Below the pieces are notes generated by a model. The model did no database searches. It was not told the origin of the DNA and saw nothing but the letters and a program-made list of their open reading frames with translations. A stretch of DNA of 64,000 bases from IMG/VR virus record IMGVR_UViG_3300001533_000699, one strand, 5' to 3'. Position numbers and translations under genes: made by a program. Positions 46,869 through 54,695 of the stretch are shown here, piece by piece (within the stretch, counting starts at the first letter, position 1; each line of letters begins with the position of its first letter). This DNA comes from a virus.

Positions 46869-48070
46869 AGATATTAAGAGCATACAGATATAGGTTGTAT
46901 CCAACGAAAAAACAGGAACAACAATTAAAACAACAATGTGGAAACTGCCGTTTCCTTTGGAATAGGTTTCTTGACATGAACCAACGGCAGTATGAAAATA
47001 CAGGCAAGTTTGTGTTTGCTTATGAACTCATTACTTCCATTCCCGAACTCAAAAAAGAACATGACTTCCTCGGACTTACGTTTAGCCAATCGCTTCAACA
47101 AGTAGGTCGTTTTTTTGACAGAGCATTAAAAGACTTTATCGCAGGCATCCGTGAGTTTCCAAAGCACAAGAAAAAGAAGTATCAAGACGGATTGACCGTT
47201 CCACAAAAGTTCCGCTTAAACAAAAAGTTTGTGTTCATTCCAAAGATTGGTGAAGTTCAATGGGTTAAACACAGACCATATAAAGGTAAAGTCAAAAGTA
47301 TCACCGTTAAGCAAGATGGCGACCAGTGGTATTGCTCGGTTTTGTGTGAACTAAGAATTAAACAACCAAAAACAAATACAGATAATGTTGTTGGCATAGA
47401 TGTAGGTCTGAAAACATTTGCCACATTGTCCGATGGGACAACAGTTGAAAACGAACGAGTATTAAGAAAGCACGAAAGAAGGTTGAACAAAGCCCAACGC
47501 ATACTTTCTCGGAGAAAGAAAGGTGGGCAAAACAGAAACAAACAACGGGTCAAGGTTGCGAAACTTCATCGTAAAGTCCGACATGTAAGAAGTAATTTCC
47601 AACATCAAATCACAAGTCGTATGATAGCCAAATATGATGGATTTGCTTTGGAAACACTGAACATTGAAGGTATGATGAAGAACCACAATCTTGCTAAAAG
47701 TATAGCCGATGTTGGTTGGTATAGTTTTAAGCAAAAATTGAAGTATAAGTCAGAGTGGAGTGGCAAAGTGTTTCTTGAAATAGGAACATTTGAGCCGAGT
47801 AGCAAAACTTGTCATTGTTGTGGATGGAAGGACACAGACCAAATGCTTCAAGACCGAACATTCTGTTGTGAACAATGCGGAATGGATATGGACAGAGACT
47901 TGAATGCCGCTATCAACATTAGGAATATAGCGATTAAAGATATACCGTGGGACGCACGGGAATTTACGCTTGGGGATGATAAGAGGTTGCAGTCAGATAA
48001 TGACAGTGCTTGTCGTAGAGCCAAGAAAAAACAATGCTTAGCCCTAACCGAACTTGCATCGGTTAGATAG
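46865..48070 (+). CDS. tnpB: RNA-guided endonuclease TnpB
   Basis: AYRYRLYPT HTH, GIDVG (RuvC-I), ALETL (RuvC-II), PSSKTC..CG...C..CG, DRDLNAA.NI (RuvC-III). Confidence 0.95.
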   Translation: MKILRAYRYRLYPTKKQEQQLKQQCGNCRFLWNRFLDMNQRQYENTGKFVFAYELITSIPELKKEHDFLGLTFSQSLQQVGRFFDRALKDFIAGIREFPKHKKKKYQDGLTVPQKFRLNKKFVFIPKIGEVQWVKHRPYKGKVKSITVKQDGDQWYCSVLCELRIKQPKTNTDNVVGIDVGLKTFATLSDGTTVENERVLRKHERRLNKAQRILSRRKKGGQNRNKQRVKVAKLHRKVRHVRSNFQHQITSRMIAKYDGFALETLNIEGMMKNHNLAKSIADVGWYSFKQKLKYKSEWSGKVFLEIGTFEPSSKTCHCCGWKDTDQMLQDRTFCCEQCGMDMDRDLNAAINIRNIAIKDIPWDAREFTLGDDKRLQSDNDSACRRAKKKQCLALTELASVR

Positions 48071-48106
48071 GCACGAAGCCACGGGGCTTGCCCCGCGGTG
48101 CGTCAC

Positions 48107-48196
48107 AGTAGAGGTGTCGTGACAGACCATAGAACTGGCAAAAAAGCATCATTAAAGCAAATTTTGCAAAAAGGTAAATTAGACCTTTTGCAATAA
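48107..48196 (+). pseudogene. release-factor-like gene, 3' part
   Basis: SRGVVTDHRTGKKASLKQILQKGKLDLLQ* matches the RF1/RF2 C-terminal VTDHR...G.LD motif. Confidence 0.75.
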
Positions 48197-48197
48197 T

Positions 48198-48267
48198 GGC
48201 TCGGCCACCGGATGTGGAGGAAATTCTTCTAAAGTTTCCGTGGTGAGTTCGACTCTCACACGAGCTA
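48198..48267 (+). tRNA. tRNA-Arg(TCT)
   Basis: GAAATT-CTTCTAA-AGTTTC; T arm GTGAG-TTCGACT-CTCAC; compact D arm. Confidence 0.7.
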
Positions 48268-48315
48268 CATACAGACTTAACTCAATCACAACAATTTTTT
48301 CACACAGGCTCAACA

Positions 48316-48930
48316 ATGACAGTAGTATTATGGGACATTAACGTATCTAAGCGACAACAAAACCCAATGTCACAACAATGCCCAAATGACTGGACACTAA
48401 ATGATTACTACACTATAGCACAGCGATGTATTGGTGCTTTTGCTTCATCATCATTAGCAAATAATATGCTACACAACGAAGATGCTGTGTCGTTTGTTGC
48501 AGAACATCTGATGTATGCTGCGTATCGTTGGGACGAAAAACGTGGTAGAACACTGTATAGCTATATGAATCAATGTGCATGTTGGAGTATCAAACGATGG
48601 ATTAATTTATATAAAAAATCTAATTGTGGTGCTATCATATCACTTAATGACACCCTAACTGACCAACACAAGCCACTTTACGCTATTACACCCATAGACG
48701 TAGACGCCCCAGATAAAAACCTAGACGACACAGAAAGTCAACAGGCATTAGCAACCCTATTCAATAAAGCAAAGTTGACTGACAAACAACATTATTGCGT
48801 TGAGCATATTTATATACATGGAATCAAGCCGTCTGAAGTCGCACGTAGACTTGGTGTTACACGACAAGCAGTACACCAATGTTTACGCAAGGGTATATCG
48901 AAATTAAAATTGGTAATAAATGAAAATTGA
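48316..48930 (+). CDS. sigma-70-family-like RNA polymerase sigma factor
   Basis: Region 2-like (A..RWD..RG....Y....W.I), ISL, region 4 HTH (LT.KQ...EVARRLGVTRQAV.Q....I.KLK). Confidence 0.78.
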   Translation: MTVVLWDINVSKRQQNPMSQQCPNDWTLNDYYTIAQRCIGAFASSSLANNMLHNEDAVSFVAEHLMYAAYRWDEKRGRTLYSYMNQCACWSIKRWINLYKKSNCGAIISLNDTLTDQHKPLYAITPIDVDAPDKNLDDTESQQALATLFNKAKLTDKQHYCVEHIYIHGIKPSEVARRLGVTRQAVHQCLRKGISKLKLVINEN

Positions 48931-49427
48931 GTAATTTCATTAAAGACAAAAAAAATGGTCAACACGCCGAAGCGATAGTGTTGAATCTAATGAATAACGC
49001 TGGGTTTAGCAGTAAGGGCGGCGTTGCAACAGATAGAAGATGGGATATAATTTCGCACTATGGATTAAATCAAATTACGATAGAAGTCAAATATGATATC
49101 TATGAACAACGTAGTGGTAACATAGCCATAGAAGTTTATAATCCTAAATCCAATATTCCCTCTGGTATTACTGCGACAAAAGCATTTATATGGGCACATG
49201 TTTTAGCAGAAAACGCAGTATGGTTTACTGTAGTTAATACTCTTAAGCAATATATGGACCATAAACCACCGGCAAAAATCATAGATATTGGCGGTGATAA
49301 AAACGCGACGTTATATCTATATCCAAGCCACGAAATTCTAGTGGATATATTTATCAGAGTAGATAACATACCTTCTAACGATTTACGTAATTGGGTAATT
49401 CAACAATGGGAACAACAATATGAGTGA
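48927..49427 (+). CDS. PD-(D/E)XK nuclease-like protein
   Basis: G..AE, WD, IEVK.D, GNI.IE, PSGI..T.A. Confidence 0.65.
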   Translation: MSNFIKDKKNGQHAEAIVLNLMNNAGFSSKGGVATDRRWDIISHYGLNQITIEVKYDIYEQRSGNIAIEVYNPKSNIPSGITATKAFIWAHVLAENAVWFTVVNTLKQYMDHKPPAKIIDIGGDKNATLYLYPSHEILVDIFIRVDNIPSNDLRNWVIQQWEQQYE

Positions 49428-49881
49428 CGATACTTATAACTGGGAAAAGGACAATAGATTGTGGGAGCGTGTTCTTAATATAGATGTTGTCGCAACAATA
49501 TATGTGTGTGGCGTAGGTGATGACGGTAGTCCAGAAATTACGTGTGGGTTTTTAGACATGGATGATAAGCTTTGCTTACCAAACGCGCCAGTTACACCAA
49601 AATATCATGCAGCAGAAGTGGCGATACAATTATTTAGGGAATACATGGGTGTTGACCTAAATACAATCGACATAGTTCCTTATGGATTTTTTGACCCAAT
49701 ACACCCACCATTACATGATAAACTTAACCGTAATATCATTTTATCTTATGCAACTCGTATTCATCCTGGTACACCCGTACACCATGATTTAAGGTTTATG
49801 AACTATGAAGAAATCAACATCGCTAGAGAAAGAATTGAACGAGGTCATTACGAAGCATATAGAGCAGGCTTTAGTGGATAA
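49420..49881 (+). CDS. hypothetical protein (possible degenerate Nudix fold)
   Basis: LP......A.R..RE..G-like spacing. Confidence 0.5.
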   Translation: MSDDTYNWEKDNRLWERVLNIDVVATIYVCGVGDDGSPEITCGFLDMDDKLCLPNAPVTPKYHAAEVAIQLFREYMGVDLNTIDIVPYGFFDPIHPPLHDKLNRNIILSYATRIHPGTPVHHDLRFMNYEEINIARERIERGHYEAYRAGFSG

Positions 49882-50206
49882 TCAAGACGTTGCTTTAGCT
49901 GGATGCCCATTCCAAGTACTTTTCACTGCTGATAAAGATAGCAACGTAAAAATAAATGTACGTTGGCCAGTAGATGACAATGTTCAGTATAACGGTGAAA
50001 TTATAGCCCGTATGTTAGAATCAATATTCAGCACAGAATGGCTCCAGCCTACTATAGATGCCGTACAGCGTTTTGCTGTAAGTAATAAACAAAAGTTGAC
50101 TGCTACTAACATTATGCAACGACTAAACGAATTACAACAAGAACGCAACATAATGAATCAAGTGTGTGTTAGACCACTAGAAGTTTTCCATAAGACACAA
50201 AAATGA
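49805..50206 (+). CDS. hypothetical protein (start probably downstream, near 49874)
   Basis: Fills the gap before thyX. Confidence 0.5.
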   Translation: MKKSTSLEKELNEVITKHIEQALVDNQDVALAGCPFQVLFTADKDSNVKINVRWPVDDNVQYNGEIIARMLESIFSTEWLQPTIDAVQRFAVSNKQKLTATNIMQRLNELQQERNIMNQVCVRPLEVFHKTQK

Positions 50207-51153
50207 TAGAATTCAAAGACAAATATTTTCCAGTGTTAGACCATGGTTTTTGTGCACTCGTAGATTACATGGGTGACGATACAGCTATTACAAGAGCGGC
50301 ACGGTGTAGTTATGGTGCTGGTAATAGAAGTGTATCTGATGACCGAGGTTTAATACGCACATTGATAAGGGAAAAGCATACTAGTCCATTTGAAATGTGT
50401 GAAGTTGTATTGCATGTTGGCTTACCAATATTCGTTGCGCGTCAATGGATAAGACATAGAACGGCAAGTCTAAATGAATATAGTGGTAGATATAGTATAA
50501 TGCCGTCTATATACTACACGCCAGATAATGATAGACTACAAGTGCAACACGCTAAGAATAAGCAGGGAAGTGGGCCTGTATGTATTGACGAAGACGCAAA
50601 GACCGAAATCAGCACACGGCGTGATGCGCTACGTCATTTTATTACTAACCACTATAATCAATGTCTAGAATTTGACCTTGCGCGTGAATTATCTCGTATT
50701 GACCTACCTCTTAGTACATATACTTTTTGGTATTGGAAGATTGACCTAAAAAACCTACTACATTTCTTACGGCTTAGGCTTGACCAACACGCTCAGTGGG
50801 AAATTCAACAATACGCTAAAGTCATAGCTGGTCTAGTAGCAAAGTGGGTGCCATTAACATGGGAGGCGTTTGTTGATTATGAGTTATGTAGTACAACATT
50901 CAGCAGACCAGAATTAAAAATACTTGATATTTTGTTCTACGCGCAAGAATTAGATATTGGCACATTAACAAACGAGCACATGTATTATATTCGTGGTTTA
51001 TGTGATAAAAATGGTCTTACAGGTAGAGAACAAGATACATTTATAGAAAAGCTCAAATGTCAACCAAACCTCCCAGCTCATATTGAACTAAACGTTAATA
51101 ACGCGAAGACCCCAGAATTTTACCAACAAATGATAAATCAAGGTGTAGTATGA
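50203..51153 (+). CDS. thyX: FAD-dependent thymidylate synthase
   Basis: H.SPFE, RQWIRHRTASLNEYSGRY, RELSR..LP, HAQWEI. Confidence 0.96.
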   Translation: MIEFKDKYFPVLDHGFCALVDYMGDDTAITRAARCSYGAGNRSVSDDRGLIRTLIREKHTSPFEMCEVVLHVGLPIFVARQWIRHRTASLNEYSGRYSIMPSIYYTPDNDRLQVQHAKNKQGSGPVCIDEDAKTEISTRRDALRHFITNHYNQCLEFDLARELSRIDLPLSTYTFWYWKIDLKNLLHFLRLRLDQHAQWEIQQYAKVIAGLVAKWVPLTWEAFVDYELCSTTFSRPELKILDILFYAQELDIGTLTNEHMYYIRGLCDKNGLTGREQDTFIEKLKCQPNLPAHIELNVNNAKTPEFYQQMINQGVV

Positions 51154-51764
51154 CAAAAAAAGTAGTGTGGGAACAATGGAAAGACCCATTGATGTCTAAT
51201 CAAACTGAAGACGTTATACCTGAATATGATAATGACTATAACAGTGGATTAAATAAACCAGTTCCTCAACCGTTCATACATACGCAATTTGGATTGCTGG
51301 CTATTATGAATCACATGTCAGCAAGTAATCACTTTGATTTTTGGATGATGCATACTAATTTTAATATAACTCATGATTTTGCTATTATGATTGAGGCATT
51401 GCCGGGCGTAGAAACAATTGAAGTTTACACTAGATATCGAATGCGTCTTGGTTTTCCAAAGTCTGGTCTATTTAAGTCTAATGAAATCATGAACCACATA
51501 ACAGAAATCATTAAACAGTTAGACACAGAAAAGACTAAACTGTTATTATCAGGTTTTGAAGAACAAATACAACAAAAGGTATTAGAAACTACAGGTCAAG
51601 TCTCAGAAAAATATCCTATATGGGCTATCTGGGTTGCGCCAAATGGCAAGATTGATATAATTGGTGCGGAGGTAAAAGATGAGATTTATGAGCATCAATT
51701 TAGTGTAATAACCAATGCACAAGAAGAGGTTGGTGGCACCATTTTAACATCAGAGGAATATTAA
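51150..51764 (+). CDS. hypothetical protein
   Basis: WE.W.DP, W..HTNFNIT, PGVE......RYR. Confidence 0.6.
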   Translation: MTKKVVWEQWKDPLMSNQTEDVIPEYDNDYNSGLNKPVPQPFIHTQFGLLAIMNHMSASNHFDFWMMHTNFNITHDFAIMIEALPGVETIEVYTRYRMRLGFPKSGLFKSNEIMNHITEIIKQLDTEKTKLLLSGFEEQIQQKVLETTGQVSEKYPIWAIWVAPNGKIDIIGAEVKDEIYEHQFSVITNAQEEVGGTILTSEEY

Positions 51765-52456
51765 TGCCTAGTCCAAAACGTAGAAACATATCTCAACGTA
51801 GTGAGATGATATATGATGTACATAACTTTGGTATTATACTTGATACTAGAGAGATTTTTATTTCACCACCATTAGATGAATCATTAGAAGTAGCTTGTAT
51901 CGACCACAGGGTATATCATCAGTTTATTCGTAATCTACAGATTCTGAATAGTATAGGCAACGAACCAATTTTAGTACATATAGGTAGTTGTGGCGGTGAT
52001 TGGCACTATGGTTTAGGTATATATGATGCTATTTATGCTAGTTGTCAAGATGAAAGGTCTTCAGATATTGTTGTTTTATCGCATGTTCATGCGCGCAGTA
52101 TGTCATCCGTTATTCCCCAAGCAGCCACGTGGCGTGTTTTGATGCCCAACATAGATTATCTCGTTCATTATGGTTCGTATGGGGATGAAGGTAATTACAC
52201 AAATGTGATGGCTAACATGGAGTGGTATAAAAAGGCCAATGAAGTAATGTTGTCTATATATCTTAAACGTATTCGTGAGGGACAGTTTTTCAAGAGAGAG
52301 GGCTTGGACGACAAACAAATTTTGACATGGTTGCGTCAGACAATCGACCAACGCCAAGAGTTTTATATGACACCTAGAGAAGCTGTGGATAAGGGGTTCG
52401 CAGACGCTATCCTTGGCGATGAAGGATTCGAAACCATTGATAAACTACGAGAATAA
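51764..52456 (+). CDS. ClpP-like protease subunit
   Basis: REIF, I.S.GG....G..IYD, ARSMSS (catalytic Ser position), H, YMTP.EA...G.AD.I. Confidence 0.8.
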   Translation: MPSPKRRNISQRSEMIYDVHNFGIILDTREIFISPPLDESLEVACIDHRVYHQFIRNLQILNSIGNEPILVHIGSCGGDWHYGLGIYDAIYASCQDERSSDIVVLSHVHARSMSSVIPQAATWRVLMPNIDYLVHYGSYGDEGNYTNVMANMEWYKKANEVMLSIYLKRIREGQFFKREGLDDKQILTWLRQTIDQRQEFYMTPREAVDKGFADAILGDEGFETIDKLRE

Positions 52457-52458
52457 TA

Positions 52459-52944
52459 ATGAGAAGAAATAAAAAACAAATTACAAATGATGAATTATAT
52501 GAAGCTAAACAAAAATATGCGTACACAATAAAAAGAACAACAGAACAATATAGGCATGTATTATCTATTGAGGTAAGAGAAGCATGTGGGGATATGGCTT
52601 TATGGAAATGCCTTCAATGCTATGACCCAAGCTTTAACCAGTCTGTGTCGTCATCATTATTTCGCTTTATACATTGGGAATGTCGTAGAGCACTAAGAGA
52701 CCTTAGACCAAAAACACCACACAGTCAATTACATGAAAACGTAACACAAGACGAGACACAGTATTTAAACATGATTATAAATGACTGTTTAGGTGTCTTA
52801 TGTAGTAGAGATAGACGTATAATAGAAGACAGATACCTATATCAATACACTTTACAAGAGATAGCAAATAAAGAAGGATGTTCCAGACAGGGTGTTAAGC
52901 ATATTATTGACCGTTGCTTAAATCGAATGTCTAAAGCATCTTAA
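52459..52944 (+). CDS. second sigma-70-family-like factor
   Basis: ALW.....YD, L..RDR.I...Y....TLQEIA...G.SRQ.V......L. Confidence 0.75.
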   Translation: MRRNKKQITNDELYEAKQKYAYTIKRTTEQYRHVLSIEVREACGDMALWKCLQCYDPSFNQSVSSSLFRFIHWECRRALRDLRPKTPHSQLHENVTQDETQYLNMIINDCLGVLCSRDRRIIEDRYLYQYTLQEIANKEGCSRQGVKHIIDRCLNRMSKAS

Positions 52945-53028
52945 TTTTGGTGTATGTACTGTATGGATAGTGGAATCTTTATTGTGGGACACAGGAAAGT
53001 ATTGTGATATAATAAAAAGAGGTAAAAA

Positions 53029-53577
53029 ATGTCTAACAACAAAGCGCACACAGACCTATATAGCAAAGCTATAACAGCAAATGATTTACATGATAATGGT
53101 GCTACTGTTCTAATGGGTGGTGATATTGATAGCTCAAAGACCGTAACAAATGCACCAGACTTAGCTATTACAGGCGCTGGTCGTAAAGCTCAGCCTGGAC
53201 CAGTACAAAGCGCACATACTGGCGCAACATACGCTAATATAAACGGCATATTTGCTAAATTAACAGCGGGTCAATATGCAGTAAAGGGTGGAAACATTAC
53301 TACACAACTTGCTGGTGTAGCATATCGTGGTCTACGAGGCGGCGGTAACGCTAACCAAATTCGCAGCATACACACGCTATTGACACGTTCTACAGTCATT
53401 ATTGATTCTTGGAATTACGCAACTGGTGTTGCAACTATAAATGAAGGTAGCCCAAGTTCAGACGATTTTGATTCTGGTAGTTACGCAACACCAACACGTG
53501 CCCTACCCGGTAATTTAATCGTTAATGAAACAGGTGGTACACCAAGCACAGAAGCTTATCAAGAAAAAACTGGGTGA
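53029..53577 (+). CDS. Gly/Thr/Ala-rich protein, possibly virion-associated
   Basis: Composition; RBS GAGG; own terminator. Confidence 0.55.
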   Translation: MSNNKAHTDLYSKAITANDLHDNGATVLMGGDIDSSKTVTNAPDLAITGAGRKAQPGPVQSAHTGATYANINGIFAKLTAGQYAVKGGNITTQLAGVAYRGLRGGGNANQIRSIHTLLTRSTVIIDSWNYATGVATINEGSPSSDDFDSGSYATPTRALPGNLIVNETGGTPSTEAYQEKTG

Positions 53578-53590
53578 ACTATGATTTAAA

Positions 53591-53624
53591 ATCTGGGGTG
53601 GGAAACCACCCTAGATATTTATTT
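53591..53624 (+). terminator. intrinsic terminator
   Basis: ATCTGGGGTGG-GAAA-CCACCCTAGAT plus T-rich tail. Confidence 0.7.
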
Positions 53625-53660
53625 ATAGTATCTACCAGTAACACCACGGAGTAACCACCA

Positions 53661-54038
53661 ATGAATGAACATAATGAATGCCCATTAACAACTCAAGAAA
53701 TATGTATTATGAAATTTCGTAATATTAAAGGTGCTTTAGCTGCTATACTTGGGTTGTTTACTGTACTTTTGGCTCTTGTAATATATGCCAGTAATCAAGC
53801 TTCTGGAGCAACAAATCAGTATATCAACGTAAAAGAGCGTATGAATACGTTATCGCTAGAAGTCAATACACAAACTATCGAACGCAAAGTTTCTGATAAA
53901 GTAATAATGACAAAAATGGCAGAGCTACAAGAAGAACTAGTGGCACAGAGGCATGAGCAAAGGCAACTACTAGAACGTATTTTATCACTACAGATAGAAT
54001 TTGCTAAACAAATGCGACTTGACAGCAGTCAAAATTAG
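53661..54038 (+). CDS. single-TM coiled-coil protein
   Basis: TM segment followed by heptad-rich region. Confidence 0.6.
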   Translation: MNEHNECPLTTQEICIMKFRNIKGALAAILGLFTVLLALVIYASNQASGATNQYINVKERMNTLSLEVNTQTIERKVSDKVIMTKMAELQEELVAQRHEQRQLLERILSLQIEFAKQMRLDSSQN

Positions 54039-54046
54039 TGTATAAT
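54019..54046 (+). promoter_or_regulatory. promoter TTGACA-N16-TATAAT
   Basis: Upstream of a tRNA/Y RNA cluster. Confidence 0.7.
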
Positions 54047-54081
54047 ACAAGTACCCCGGCGACAGGGATAATTGTCGCGCC

Positions 54082-54149
54082 GCCGATGCGAACGGGTTCG
54101 GGTCTGGTCTTGTAAACCGGACTACTGGGGTCAGCACCCAGCTTCGGCT
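54082..54149 (+). tRNA. atypical tRNA-Thr(TGT)
   Basis: TCTGGT-CTTGTAA-ACCGGA; GCCGATG/CTTCGGC; non-canonical T loop GTCAGCA and tiny D arm. Confidence 0.55.
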
Positions 54150-54150
54150 C

Positions 54151-54222
54151 TGACGAATGCGGTGATGCATACATAAACCAATGACATCGTTTATACGAAG
54201 TGCATCACATCACTAGTCGTCG
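54151..54222 (+). ncRNA. candidate minimal Y RNA (Y3)
   Basis: TGACGA/TCGTCG stem, GACGAATG motif, GTGATGCA/TGCATCAC stem, ATAAAC/GTTTAT apical stem. Confidence 0.62.
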
Positions 54223-54228
54223 TTTTTA

Positions 54229-54299
54229 GGCAGTGTGTGTTTGGTAACACAGTATCCCTCATAAGGATATCATGGTCAGTTCGATTCTGCCCTCTGCTA
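54229..54299 (+). tRNA. tRNA-Met(CAT) (elongator Met or Ile2)
   Basis: TATCC-CTCATAA-GGATA. Confidence 0.75.
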
Positions 54300-54301
54300 C
54301 T

Positions 54302-54375
54302 AGCGGGTGGTAGGCGTGGTCGCCTTTCTGGTCTCATAAGCCAGAGTTTCAGAGGTTCGATTCCCTGGCCCGCCA
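54302..54375 (+). tRNA. tRNA-Met(CAT), initiator-like 1:72 mismatch
   Basis: CTGGT-CTCATAA-GCCAG; A1xC72. Confidence 0.75.
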
Positions 54376-54491
54376 CTTAGGCACACAGAACTTGAAAGAC
54401 CGAATGTGGTTACATCGGTACGGTGGCAGAGAGTTCGTGTGTCTTTTATTTAGTCGGGTTCGGGTTAACATTTATTAATACTGCCACCGAA

Positions 54492-54563
54492 GACCCTATA
54501 GTCTAAAGGTTAGGACAGCAGACTCTCAATCTGCAAATCGGAGTTCGATTCTCCGTAGGGTCA
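54492..54563 (+). tRNA. tRNA-Glu(CTC)
   Basis: GCAGA-CTCTCAA-TCTGC. Confidence 0.9.
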
Positions 54564-54576
54564 CTGTGTGTATTAT

Positions 54577-54660
54577 GGCGTTGTGTCGAAATTGGTATAC
54601 GAGCCTGTCTCAAAAACAGGTGGGTATTAGCCCGTGCGGGTTCGACTCCCGCCAACGCTA
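54577..54660 (+). tRNA. tRNA-Leu(CAA)
   Basis: CCTGT-CTCAAAA-ACAGG; variable arm. Confidence 0.92.
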
Positions 54661-54695
54661 CTTATGGTAAAGAGCCACTATTATTAACAAAAAAC

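Larger units (their letters stand above)
46657..48106 (+). mobile_element. IS200/IS605-family element (left end deleted)
   Basis: tnpA 3' remnant overlapping tnpB; right-end hairpin CCACGGGGC-TT-GCCCCGCGG followed by TCAC; left boundary approximate. Confidence 0.85.

Noticed and set aside
46657-48106. IStron (group I intron plus IS) that would splice out and restore the release-factor gene
   Set aside because: No group I core is visible, the element ends in TCAC rather than a terminal G, and part of the host gene is deleted.
50559-50571. 13-bp motif explained as a protein constraint (ThyX NKQGS)
   Set aside because: This could explain the one copy, but others are intergenic, on the opposite strand or in different frames.
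28534-54376. ORFs over tRNA/ncRNA genes (28534-28759, 29873-30228, 33644-33844, 45180-45627, 53988-54376)
   Set aside because: They are translations of tRNA sequence, not proteins.
25609-54660. Stop-codon reassignment or suppressor tRNAs
   Set aside because: No CTA, TTA or TCA anticodon was found, and conserved genes are intact in the standard code and use all three stops.
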